Assembly: GCF_022539665.2 (NCBI RefSeq)
Contig: NC_081331.1
Span: 248,001 to 312,000, forward strand
Direction: 5' to 3'
Length of the DNA stretch: 64,000 bases
Source of the DNA: Daphnia carinata
Taxonomy: Eukaryota
The notes beneath the pieces were generated by a model that searched no databases, was not told the origin of the DNA, and saw only the letters and a program-made list of their open reading frames with translations. This document shows, in pieces, positions 14,401 to 27,549 of this stretch. The stretch's first letter is position 1. Each line of letters starts with the position of its first letter. A program made the position numbers and the translations under genes.

Positions 14401-17400
14401 TGATACTGAAGCAGGTAGTGTTGGCTATGACGACGATGTTGGAGAGGACCGCGATGTACTTGATCGCGAATTACATACGTTGGCAAAAGAAGGGCGCATC
14501 ACTTATGCTCCGAGTATGGCTCAGCTGCCTAGGGCCAGTTCGATGCATGCTTTAGCAGCTGCACAAGCCTCCAGCAATGTGAAAAAGGTCACCGTAAACA
14601 CTCCAAAAAAGAAAAAAGACCTTAGTACAACAGTCTGCAGTCCCACAGTATCGCTACTGCAAGACTGCTTGCCTAGTTATGGGCTTTTTGAAGCCAGCCA
14701 AATTGCCTGTCCCGTTTTACCACAATATCACCCACAGCAACTAATGGAGCTTCTCAATTCTGGTGACTTTTTTCATACCGACTGTTAAAGTGGCAATTGA
14801 GTAATCATTTCCTTTGAAAACAATAGGGAAAATCCGCTGGGTCAAAGCAATTTTGGCTCATTTGGTGAGATGCATTTCAGGTCATCGTGGAGCTGAAAGC
14901 GACGAAGAAGACGATGAAGATGTGGAAGAGTCGGCCAAACATTGGGCAAGAACTCGAACACTTTCCATTAGTAGTCCGGACAACGAGACGCGCAAAATCA
15001 GCGCTGATCTCCATATTTCGGCTGTTCCTAAAGAGCTGACGCTGGATTACACGGAAATTTGCGCAGTACCTCCGCTTCCCTTGTGGCTTCTTCTTGCAGC
15101 TGACCAGTCAACAAATTTAGGTGATTCCACGACATCTGGCACCGACTCTTTGTTCCACCCTTCATTGGAAACACATGTAACTTTCAGCCATTTATAATTT
15201 ATGCTCAGTTGCCGTGATTAAGTTTATTTCTTTAGGCCGAAGAAGAAGAGGATTTAGACACAATTTTAAGCGAAAGTCCACCAAGGCGAAAGAATAAACG
15301 TAAAAATGCCAGCGGAGACTGTGGTGCCCAGCATTTGCAGCAGCAATACTTTCAATTCGGCACTCGACAAGCCGCTCTTCTGACAAGTGTTCTGACGCAT
15401 ACTCAGCTCCCAGGTTTGAGTAGCGTTGACCAGATGCATTTGTTGGCTCTGGCAGATACGTTGGCATCATGCAGTGCTACCCACCTAGTCACGAGTACTA
15501 TCCAAACTGGAGCGACGAAGAATCCGTCCAAAACTGGTAATTGCATTTAATCAAATTATGTGTAGTACAGATTTCAATTCCAGTTTTCCTAGGTCCTTCC
15601 CATGCCGGCTCAGAGTCATCTTTGGATTCTTGCGGACTTCGCTTTTTGTTGGCTGCCCGTCATCATTCATACCTGTTACGTTGCCTGCCACCTGTCCAGC
15701 GTGCTTCTTTAAAAAAACAGGGAATCAGTAGTTCGTTGTTGACGTGGGCTTTCCATTCGGAAGCGCAAGACGAACTCTTGCAGCTTCTTCCAGCCTTTAC
15801 CAAACGTAAGAAAACGAGTCTAGTGATTTCGATCTTTTATTAATTTTTTTATTATTTTAGCTAATCCCACGTGGGCCGATTATCGTGAACTGGGATTTGG
15901 ATGGTGGATGAGAAACAACGCCAGCTTGCGTCGTTGCGTTGAAAAACTTGCCAAAGCCGCTTATCAAAGTCAAGGCGATCCGTTGGACGCTGCCCTGTAC
16001 TACCTGGCGATGAAGAAGAAAAATCTGGTCTGGGGTCTCTTCCGTCAAGTACAGAACGAACGCATGACTGCGTTCTTTAGTAACAACTTCACCGAAGAGA
16101 GGTGGCGTAAAGCGGCATTGAAAAATGCTTACGCTTTACTTGGCAAACAGCGGTTCGAACATGCCGTGGCCTTCTTCCTTTTAGCTGGATCGCTGAAAGG
16201 TAATGTTCATAACAAAATTTGGAATTCGTAAATGCATCGTTTTTCTCTTCAATTTTAGATGCCATTGACATTTGCTTGAGCCGGATGCATGATATTCAGT
16301 TAGCCATCGTTATCACCCGATTGTATGAAGGAGATATGGAGTCCGTCCCTCCCGGACTTAAGAAATTGCTTCAGGATCATGTGTTGGGTTTTAATGAGAG
16401 TAGTGAACCGGTTGCAGCTTCAGCAGGATCGGATCCTTTCCTGCGTTCCATGTCCTATTGGCTACTAGCCCAGTATACGGATAGTTTAAGTACACTGTTG
16501 GAACGACGAGGTGATAAGGGCGAGTTGACCAAGTCACAGAATATCGCAAGTCCGAGCGTTTTCAATTTCTACATCTATCTTCGCAATCATCCCCTTATTA
16601 TTCGACAACAACTGGCGTTGTCAGCAAAAGGTAAACATTACATTTCTTTTGCCTGTCAGGTTTCTTAACTATGATCTTGGAATGTTCAGGGCAATCTGCT
16701 AATAAGCGGACGCATTTGGCAGGCGTGGGTGCCATCAGTGTTGACAAGACTTACCTTCTACAAGAATGGATAACGCCTCTTGAACGGCGTTTGTATTTCA
16801 CTACGGCCCATGCCCACTTCCTCGCGGGTTGTCCAGCTCTAGCTCTGGAGGTGTTATCCAAATTGCCCGATCATGTTCAACAGCCGGATAGTGAAGCGGA
16901 TAAAAATTCCGATTCTGCTGCCGCAGCCGATGGTATAATTTAGGTTTCTACCTTTCGTTTTGTTCTTAAACTAAGAATAAATCTGTTACATTTGCAGAGA
17001 ATACGTGCGAAGTTGTTCAACAGAAAGCTGAAGGCATTGATTGGTCGACTCCACTCGTAATTGTTAGTCCGAGTGCCGAAACGCATGAGTTTGACTGGGG
17101 ACAACCCATCGGCAGCAAACCCGATACGTTGGAGCTTAAATGGAGTGACGATGAGGATACTGATACAGACTGTTCTGATGGGGGCATTACAATGAAAGAA
17201 ATGAGCACTGCAGAGGTTCCAGTAGTACCCTCCGAGCCGAAACTAGAAGCGGACTCGGAATCTGGTGGCTTGGACATCATGGCCCAACAACTGAAATTCA
17301 TCGCTTGTTTAAAGATTTTAATGGGAGAAATGGCAACACTTGCCACTGGTTTTGAAGTCGATGGTGGTCAGTTGAGGCTTCAACTTTACCTTTGGTTGGA

Positions 17401-20400
17401 TCGAGAGTTACAGGTTACTTAAACGTAGACATAATTTCATAGATTTCATTTGATTTATAATTTCAAAAATCTTCAGGCCTTACAACAACTTTGCAATTAT
17501 GCGCCCATCCCGGTATCTGGTAGTGGGAATGAAGAGGACGAACCTAGCCTGTTGCCCGCCATTCCTTCCTCGTACAAAAATCCAACCACGACAGATGAAC
17601 CTGTTACCTTACATGAAATACTGCTGGCAGAAAAATTGGATCTCGAAGCCAAGGTGAAAAGAACTAACCGTAGAAGACGATGGTTAAAAGGTAAACAACC
17701 ATTAGTATTTCATTGTGCAACGAATTAGCAATTTTGTCTTCAACATCCATTTATAGCCAATGAACTGCTAGTGAGGACCTTATTGAGTTATTGTAGTATT
17801 CATGGATCACAAGGAGGAGGACTTGCATCTGTCCGCATGGAGCTTATCCTTCTTCTGCAAGAATTGCAACAAGATAGAAGATATTCCACAGGTACAGAAG
17901 AATATTTGGACTAGATGATTTAGACCGAGATAATGTTTTGGTTATTGTTTCTGTATTTCAGGAGGCTCCGATTCAGCCTTGAATCTGAATCAGCCCCAAC
18001 TCTCTTCTCCTCTGGCGTATCCAACAAGTCTTCCACTTTTAGCTGCTAGTGTCGCTGGAACAGAAATCATTACAACAGATCCTGTTCGTCATTTAGAAGT
18101 AGGTTCTTGAATCAAAATTACAGTTAACAGCACCTCTGATGTCTTTTCATTACTGCATGTACAGAGCCAAATTCGAGATTTGTTGAGAGCAATTGTTGGA
18201 TTGAGCTGTGTTCCTGTACCTGGAAAGATCAGCTTTGGACAGGTTTGATTCTTGTCTCTTCAAATGTGAATACATTTAAAGTCTCTAAATTAAAATACTA
18301 GATGAGTCTTATTCGCGACCTGGCGCTGGCCTTATCTGCGTGTCTCTATCAAGCCCTTTGCTCGTCTGATGCATGGAGTCTTCAGCAACAACAGCAAGAA
18401 CAACAGCAAGGCTCAGTCGGACCACTTGCTCGATTGGCTGTTGTTTTTCGTGCAATGCATAACATTGGCGTAAATAATTACGTGAAGCGCGAAGAGCCTC
18501 AGCTTCAGCCTGCCAGTAGTCCGTCAAAATGGCCAGGTAATTCCGCTAAAATAAAATTGACCCATAATTCGTTCAGATGAGCAGTTATTTTAATGCTTTT
18601 TTGTCTTGTTTTTTAAGGCGTGACGTCATTGCGTGCCCTGTTGGCTCGCGAAAAGGATGAAGACGCACCAAGATTATTAACTTTGTTGTGTGAAGCTTTT
18701 GTTGCCGTTTACGTTTCGTTATTGTGTTATTCTATGGCGGCCTGCGATTCACATGTGTTATATCGGTAAGACTTTAACTGAAAAGGATGATTTAAAAAAA
18801 CCTATACTTTTATGACAATTTATTAGATTGGCCGGCTTGCAACCCACGGAGAGTATGTGGGGATCTGTTTACGGAGGGGGTGCCAAACAGCTAGTCAGGG
18901 TTACTACGACCTCGACGTCCACGCTGCAGGGCTCACAAGGTCTTGGAACCTCTAGTGATGGGGGATCGCCCCAGCCACCCGGATCCCCCTCGTCTTCAAC
19001 GATGGATGTTGCCAAGCAGCGAGTTCGTTTACACATCAAACTGTTGCAGCAAATTGGAACTCCAGCCTCCGTGGGAGGTGGGCTAACAACGGGTAAAATA
19101 TTGCGGTGTTAATGTCTTATTGCGGATTAAAAAAACCTATTTCTCGTGGTCTTTATAGTTCCGTCAAATGCACCGATGGGAAGCTTGTCGTCTAGGAAAC
19201 CGTCTCTTCCACAGAGCAGCGAAGATATGCCTACTTATAAAGAAGTCTTTGTTGCTCCTAAATTGTCATTAGTGGCATGTTTGATGAAAAAGCCTAATTT
19301 GCCTCTTGAGAAAGCCTCGTATGATTACGATTCTTCTGCTTCAGACGTGGTAAATCAACAAAGATAACATCACAATATAAATCCCTACTTAAAAAAAAAT
19401 TTTAATTCAGGATGAAGTGGATGCGGAAGCGGACGGTGAAAACGAATCCGAAAACGATGATTTTTGGGAGGAATTGGATAGTGGCAAAAGAGCAGCTGCC
19501 AAAAAAACAGACACTAACGCAGGTACAATTGCCACATTGAATGGATGGGAATTTTATTTAAATCTTGTTTTCCTTTGAAAAGGTGATTCCGAGCACAGCA
19601 AAGCCGACTCAATCAGCTGGCATGCAATACGTTTGGCTGTGACGCGTTTATGTATTGGAAAGATGGAGGAATTCTTAAGAGTAGCTGGTGTTGAGCCTGC
19701 AGGTATTTGCTTGCTTAAATTGTCTTTATTCTATAGTGTTATATTTGACAATTTTTATTTTTTTATTTAAACCAAATCAGACTTGCCTGTTGTTAGTCCT
19801 TTGAGTCATGCCGTTACACGAACCATGCACCAATGGTGTGGATGGCTACAGAGGCAACTGGAAGCGGCTGGGCCACCACCTCCTAATTACATACCTGGAT
19901 GCGTTGTAGAAAATACAACTACTGGGCCACCCATTCTGAAGTACCGAAGTCTACTGGATCCCAACAACACCCCTTTCTTGTAAGTCCTTGGTTATTGAAC
20001 TGCTTACACATTCTACGTTTATTATTGCTCTAGAACCAAGGAAGCAAACGCACGACCCATTCGACGTCTTTGGTGTTTCCTGGTTCGCCAGGAGAAAGTC
20101 CAAGATATTTTTATCCGTCTAGTCTTTGGAAAAAAACATGGAGCGTCTCATAGTTCTGGAGCTAACAACACCGATTCCATTTCTCTTTATTCAGATGTCG
20201 TTGGTCAGGGTATGTTCACTATATTGCGTAATAGCCGGGAGTTTTAAAGTTTCGGTTTTCATTCCTTCAGATGATCTAACAACTGACACTATAACAGCCG
20301 TTTCGGGAGGAGGTACAGATCGCTTGCAGGATCCAGTTCGAATCATTCATAAAGATCAAGACATTATTAGCGCGTTTTGCATCAATTCAGTACGTAAAAA

Positions 20401-22778
20401 GCAATAGTTTATGAGACTAGTGGGCATCAAAATCATTTTTAATTCTGCATGTTTTCTAGACTAACGGAGGGGTCCTTGCATTGGCCAATGGAAAAGAAAT
20501 TCAAGAGTTGGATATTACCCCGTTGTTAGATATGCAATCGGCCGTCTTGGAGGACGAATGCGAATTGGACCTCCTTGGTCTAGATAGGTATACTCTTTTT
20601 TCAGCTTTTGATCTCATTGTGGCTGACTTTAATGGAACAATTCCTCTAAATTTGTTCTTCAATAGGGATCCGGACAGTAATGCGTCCGCTTACTTAGTTG
20701 TTCAAACTCCGGGCGATCGCAACTTGCTGAACCAAATGAATGGTGGTTTGTTTTTGCTAATTTCGCTGCCATACCATGAACATTGAGCTTACCAGCATGT
20801 GTCTTACAAACAGGAATATCTGGATCTGCAAGCACGGCCCACTTTCCCAGCTACGCCCCATCAGCATCGAATAGTATGGTACCACCGGGAGGTCCGACTC
20901 TACCAGTGACTGGACGTGGAACAACTTTGGTAGGAATAATCAAATCAGACTGTTCTACGGCTTGATACGCAGCCTCTTCCTAAACCATATTTAACTCACA
21001 AGGCGGCGTAGTTAATGCGCTAGACATACTGTGTGTGACAAGTCGTCGTTTTAAGACCGCTTAGTGTGTAAGAAAACTAAAAACTTCTGAAGGCCAGTTG
21101 GCCCGGCTTTAGCTTCACACTGTTGGTTGAAAATCTCCTTACATTTACTAACAAAAGCTTACTCTCGTCTTTTTGCTATCCCTTTGATCCTTGGCATCTT
21201 TTTTATTCGTCCTCTGGACATCACTTCCCTGTCTGTGTTTGGGATTTTTGTTTTGTCTTTATCCTTTTCCTTGTCCGTCAATCTTTCGCTATCCGGTTCC
21301 ATCCATAAATGTGGGTTTCACTTTCCTTCCCCTCACGCAGCCGAAGGGTTGACATTCCCTGGTTCGCAACATCCGCCATTTTTTCAGCTGGTGCTGCGGC
21401 GAAGCAAACTTCTACTAACACCGGTAACAGCTTACCTTCTTTCATGCCTTTTTCCATCTTCTTCTTGATTGTGTGTGTGTGCAATTTTATAACAAACAAC
21501 TTACTGACATGCCTCTTCCCTTAAATTGGCCTAAAGCGTCCAAGAACAAAGTGAATTTCTGAAAACCAGTTAAAATAATAATCCTACATTGATAATCTAT
21601 AGTTGCGGAAACACAAGGTGGATGGTGTGCGAAGAATGACAGCCCACCCGTTACTTCCACTATGTAAGTTGTCCTACGCTAATGCAACTATCGTAAAACT
21701 TGTCTTCATCTAAGTATTTTTCTCTGGAAATAGACATCGCTGGCCAAGGAGATGGATCGGTTGCCATATGGGAATGGGGTCATGTTGGAGTTGTTTCTCA
21801 ACCGAGAACTCCCGGGACCTACGCAAAGGTGAATCGTCTTCGTTTTAACAGCCAAGGAAACAAGTTTGGCGCAGCCGACGGAGATGGCCACGTCGCCTTA
21901 TGGACGCTTCGTCTTGGAGGAGGATCTGCACCTCATCGCCCATTCTTTGTATGAATTCTTCATCATTTAATGAACTGGTTTCTAATCTTGTATTTGTGTA
22001 TTTCAGTCACACCAATGTCATAGCAAGGGGACGTCGGATTTCGTGTTTTTGGGCTCATCGAGTATACTGGCCACCACCGGGCACAGTTCAGAGTCCCGCA
22101 ACGTCGTTTTGTGGGACACATTGATGCCCCAACGCAAGGCAGTTATTCATTGTAAATCGATATCAATTAATATTTGTAACGTTTGAATCTAATGTTGAAT
22201 TTAAATCCCTAGCATTTGTATGTCACGAAAACGGAGGCACTAGTTTGCTTTATGCGTCTCAGCACCAACTCTTGATATCTGCTGGTCGTAAAGGAATCGT
22301 TTGCCTATGGGATTTAAGACAACGAACACTGCGTCACAAGTTCTCGGCGCATGAATCCTCTGTCGCTGTAAAATGCATGGCATTAGATCCTAATGAAGAA
22401 TTCTTTGCGACTGGATCTGCTGATGGTGATATCAAGGTACATAATATTTCTGAATATCAATCCAGTGATTGAACTTAATAATTATTCAAAGGTTTGGAGC
22501 CTTGCCACCCAGCATTTACTTTACGCTTTCCCTGCTGAGCATTCCCGTTCATCCTTTTTCCGATCCATGGGTCAAGGAAATGGAGTGAATCAAGTAAAAC
22601 TTAGTTAAATTTTAATCGTTATTTTGATATTTCAAAGGCTAATGATTTTTTCCCCACACGATAGTTGCATTTGGACACATCAGGTCGACTGTTTTCTTGC
22701 GGCTCCGATGGTTCGATGAAGCTGCGTCAGTTGCCCTATGTTGGGAATAGAGAAAGTATTGTCTCGACTCTTTACTAG
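8456..22778 (+). CDS. DMXL2: DmX-like protein / Rabconnectin-3 alpha (WD40 repeats + Rav1p_C), multi-exon
   Basis: ATG at 8456 gives MKLHQVLTGACNAGDRCFAVGSVEG, the DMXL N-terminus. Internal motifs include LPQYHPQQLMELLN, DPLDAALYYLAMKKK and RWRKAALKNAYALLGKQRFEHA (Rav1p_C). C-terminal WD40 exons end LFSCGSDGSMKLRQLPYVGNRESIVSTLY with TAG at 22776-22778. Dozens of short introns, not all individually verified. Confidence 0.95.
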
Positions 22779-23212
22779 ACACACGTGTATTGGACAGTGG
22801 TAATGGCTAAACGTTTAGTTTAAATTTTAAAATATTTCGATTAACTCGAATCCCTTGAATATTTTATGGATGTCGTTGATACATGTCATTTATCTGGTTG
22901 TTCAGATTACTTATAGAATCGGATTGCGCTGTGCTAGTCACGTTTAGTATGCTATTACCTGTAAACCATTCCACTCTTCAGCGTCGCCATTCGATGTTTC
23001 CAAATCTTTCAACTTTTTCCTTCCTTAAACCTCTATTACCGCATACTTCATTAACAACGTTTTGGACGGCTGGTAATGTCATTCCGTCTTCCTCTTGTAT
23101 ATCGCTGGCACGGTTGGTCGAGCAAGTGAATACAAACGCGTTACGTGTATGCTGAAAAGTATATTGAACGTTTACAAATAATGCAAGTATCAGTGTTGTA
23201 TTTAACGAAATC

Positions 23213-25288
23213 CTACAACAATCTGATTCCGCTAACATTTTTACGATTGTTAACGTTTTGTTTCTCTTGTACTTTCTTCTCCTCTTTGAAAGCTAGCGCG
23301 TTAGCTTTCTTCTCCTTTCTTCTCTCCTATTTTGAAATAAAGTTAATATAATAGACAGTAAAAATTAAAAATAAGATGGTTTTTACTTGACGATATTCTT
23401 TCACGAGCCGCTTCCTTTCGGTCCTCTGCTCTGGCGTTTCATCTTTGGGCCGAATGGATATGGCCGACAGTGTGCTAATTATGGATTGCGTTTCCGCGTT
23501 GGTCTTTTTTGACACGCCCGTTTCTTCATTAAACTGGTCTAAAAACTTTTTCGTCAAACCAGGTTTACCGAGTACGTTAAGTGGAACGCCCGTCTTAGGA
23601 CACACTGTGAAGATAACAATGAAATCAATGGTTTGCATTTTTAAAGAATAGTCGAATGTTTTTAAACCTTTAATAAGTTTGGAATTCTGTGGCTCCGAAA
23701 TTAATTTTGGGTGATTATAAATGTTGGAATAGGTGGACAAGATGGACTCGCAGTCCCATTTACGTTCCTGTTCATCTTCACTTGAACTGCTGTCTTCCTC
23801 CTCATCGCTTTGGTACTTTTCCAAATATCTTTCCACAGCTCCCTCAACCTCTTCTCTTGCCTAATCCCAAAAAGGTAAGTAAATTAAAAGTAAGACCGGA
23901 ATACTTTCAACTTAGTTTTCAATAATCAACATGGAAGATAATAGATTTCAAAACATACCACTTTTCCGATTTCGCGACCTAATCGAATGCCCTCTGTTTT
24001 TCCATATTCATATGCTTCTGCCAATTTCAGGACTTCTTTGTCTTGCAACGAGATGTGGCCTTCGATTTCCTCGCAATCTAAAGCGCCCATTTCATCATCG
24101 TCGTATTGGGCCATCAACTACAATGCGACAATTAAACTTGCAAGAATACGTGGAAAAACATCTACTTAGAAAAACAATCACCTGTTCAAATCGGTCATCT
24201 AACAACGATAACTGTGCATTTCTTCTAATAACAGAACTGGTCATGGAATATTCAGTAAAGCGCGACTTATTATCATCATTGTCGGGCGAACGCCGTCCGC
24301 AGTCGCTTCGCATGTCACACAACACATCGTCGTCGTCGTCTTCTTCACTGCCAATGTTGGAATCTTCGTCATCTTCGCTATGTTGCGAAATCAAACAAAA
24401 TTAGAACTTATCATTAGCATAGCTAGAGCATGCCGTTAGTAAATACTCTGTTTCAGCATCTGAAGGCACTCCATTTGCAACTGCAATGAAGTCGTCTTCT
24501 AGTTCATTATCAGGATCCTCAAAATTGAAATCATCATCCAAAGCTGCCACAATATCTGGATCCAAGTCTGGCCTAGGTCCTAACATGAGGAATGTTATCT
24601 CTCAAATTTCATTACAAAAATTTGAGCTTTAGATGGAAAAACCTGAATGGGGAGCTGCTCTGTTTAACAATCCTACGGTTTCTTCTACTTCAGACTGAAA
24701 AACTGAAGAGGGCAGTGTCAATTTATACTGGTGATCCTGGAATATGAAAATGATAATAACACAAAAAGAATCAAGAATCATTGGTCTATATAATTACTGA
24801 AAGTCCTTTTACAACTGGTGCTTTCCAAACTCTAGAATTTTTATTATCTTCTGCCAGTTCCCACTCTGCTGTTTGTTTGACATCACGCAAGTGTTGTAAG
24901 TAATTGTAATCATCATCAAAGTATATCCCAAGTTTAGCCAATTCTTCTTTTTGGTTTCCTGGTTCCTAATAGAACAATTAACTTGTTAAAATAACACTAT
25001 CATAAATTTTGTTTGGATGGCCTTTCACCACAGATTTTGAGGATGAGCTCTCTGCATTCTTGTCTGCTTTTAAACCAATTGGAACTAGGACTCTTTGTGG
25101 AGCTTTTTCGTCCGCAGCAAGTGGATCCTTTTGGCTACGATGGACCAAATTGAAGGTGACGGCATTTTTCTTGTCGATAAACTTCTTTGTTTTGGGCTGT
25201 CAAATAGTCAATATTTAAAAAGTTGAAAAGTACTCTGAAGACCATATGAAAACTTGTTGTGCTGCATATGAAAACACGCGAATACCAT
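23213..25288 (-). CDS. LTV1: Protein LTV1 homolog (40S biogenesis factor), multi-exon
   Basis: ATG at 25288-25286 is followed by an intron, then PKTKKFIDKKNAVTFNLVHRSQKDPLAADEKAPQRVLVP. Also SRFTEYSMTSSVIRRN and KWDCESILSTYSNIYNHPKLI. Ends ERRKEKKANALAFKEEK...GIRLL with TAG at 23215-23213. Confidence 0.95.
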
Positions 25289-25619
25289 TTTCTGTGCCGT
25301 GGATATAGTATTGAGATAAACGTAATTCACTTTAATATATCAAATCTTCGAAAACACGTAATCAAAGAAAACTAATCAGCACGTTTCCTTCAGCAGGGGA
25401 TTCGTCTGCTTGACTTAAGGAAAAGGTTGCTGCCTCTGTAATGTTGAAGGACGGCACACTTCGGCGCTTTATAAGTCGGTAATATTTTTTGACGCAAATG
25501 TTACATTAGGCTTTCTAAAATATTATTGGATCAATTAATATTCCTATAATTTACGTAAACAATTAACGACATATTGCAAAAAAAATTTCATTAGAAACGC
25601 AAAATTAGAAAATCGCCGA

Positions 25620-27140
25620 TGCCATCTAGCGATTAACTACGAACTGCAGCTTGACCGGTATTCTAACTAGCGCGCCAGTACGCGACAGCGCTAGCGCGAT
25701 GCAGCACAAAATTTGTTGTATTTCCCAAACGGTTGACGTAATGAAGAAAATAACAATTTTCTCAGAATCAGCATTCAATTTCGAGTACATAGTGGAATTT
25801 TCAACCAATTCCAATAACTGTCAGTTTTTGCAGGTTTTGGAGGCAAAATTCCCACGGTCATTTTCTTCGTTTTTCTTCATTTTATTAAGCCCAAGGGCAA
25901 AATAAACCCGAATTTCGTGATCAGTGATCGATTTCGCATCGGAATAGTGTATTTTAAACAAAATCTAGAATTTGACGAAAATTGAAAAAGTGAGAAGGCT
26001 ATAGCCTTCTCATTTTCACGAAAATCGTCAAAAAGCAACATCTCTCAGAATTCAATAAAAATCATACATTAGGCTCAGAATTGAACGCTTATTCTAACTG
26101 CCATTTTAGTTTTACCTTTATCTAGGAAGTTTTTGAATTATGCGCAATGAAATATTTCATAGCGCTGCTATTTGAGTATTTTAGATTACTCAAAAAACAT
26201 AAATTCCCTGCAAAATCCAATACCTTTTTCATTATTCTCGTAAAGATCGAACCTAAATCGTGTATATTATTGTTTATATGTGATTGTCGCGCTAGCGCTG
26301 TAGCGTACTGGCGTGCCACATCAATATATATATGGCCGATGAAAATTTTAAGCCCGACAAAAAAAAATAAACCCGACTTTCCCTTTTTTTAAATAATACC
26401 ATTAAATATAGATTACTATACATGATTTAAATTCAAAATATAACGAAGAGCACGAAAAAAAACCTTGTTTTTATGTAGAGCTTATGGGTTTTGAGTAATC
26501 GAAGGACTTTGCCGTGTCACGCTAGCGCTGTAGCGTACTGGCGTGCTAGTAGAAATAGGAAAAGTCGGGCTTATTTTGTCGGGCTTAAATCTATATAAAC
26601 TTAATAATTAAATCTAGATAACTATACATGATTCAAATTCAAAATTTAACAAGAATCACGAAAACGAATTTAGTTTTTACGTAGAGTTAATGGTTTTTGA
26701 GTAATCGAAGAACTTTGATGCCTCACGCTAGCGCTGTAGCGTACTGGCGCGCTAGTACGCTCTTCGATTCGGTGTATTTCCAAAACAGTTAATTTTATTT
26801 TGAAAATAACAATAATGTCGGAATCAGTATTCAATTTTGAGTATATCCGGTGGTTTTCAACCAATTCCAATGACTAAAAATTTTTGCAAAAAAAAAATTT
26901 AAGCCCGACTTTTCTTTCCCGACCCCATTTTCTTCGTTTTTCCTCATTTTGTTAAACCCAATGGCAAAATAAACCCGATTTTCGTCATCGGCGATCAATT
27001 TCGCATCGGAATAATGTATTTTAAACTAAATTTAGAATTTGGCAAAAATTGGAAAAGTTGGAAGGCCTATAGCCTTCTCATTTTGACGAAAATCGTCAAA
27101 AAGCAACATTTCTCAGAATTCAATAAAAATCACACATTAG
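25620..27140. mobile_element. Dispersed non-coding repeat block (non-autonomous DNA-transposon-like), internally duplicated
   Basis: Two related units (~25720-26110 and ~26790-27140). Recurrent GCTAGCGCTGTAGCGTACTGGCG and AAGCCCGAC motifs. 22-bp palindrome TGAGAAGGCTATAGCCTTCTCA at 25991-26012. The same family recurs at 47990-49000. Confidence 0.7.
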
Positions 27141-27549
27141 GCTTAAAGTGGTAGACAGATTTATTTGAATTGGTAAACGAGAATAAAGTAGTGTGGACTG
27201 GGTTTGGAACTGGGAATTGGAACTGGGTACCGAACCTTGCTGTTTTCTTGCACACTTCGATTATGGATCGAGACCGCGTAGGCCAAAAAAATAGATTAAT
27301 CCACAGGGAAAACATATTAATCTGAACTCATTTCATATACCCATTCAAACGGAGAAATATTTACTCATTTAACGCGTTGCTTAGTCCTAATAGTGTCAAT
27401 GACAGCACAGCCATCGCCACTTCGTCACTTCCACAGCACGAAATGTGCTCTCTTTATTAGCATTTATCGAACATTGTAGATGAAATCGAGTAGAATATAA
27501 AAATCATAACTATTTCAAGCATGACATTTTGTTTACGGAATTTTTATTT

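Noticed and set aside
22779..23212. Short ORFs between the convergent DMXL and LTV1 stops
   Set aside because: Most likely 3'UTR sequence; no protein motif recognised.
25620..27140. CRISPR-like or tRNA-like reading of the palindromic repeats
   Set aside because: Eukaryotic context, no regular repeat-spacer periodicity and no cloverleaf.
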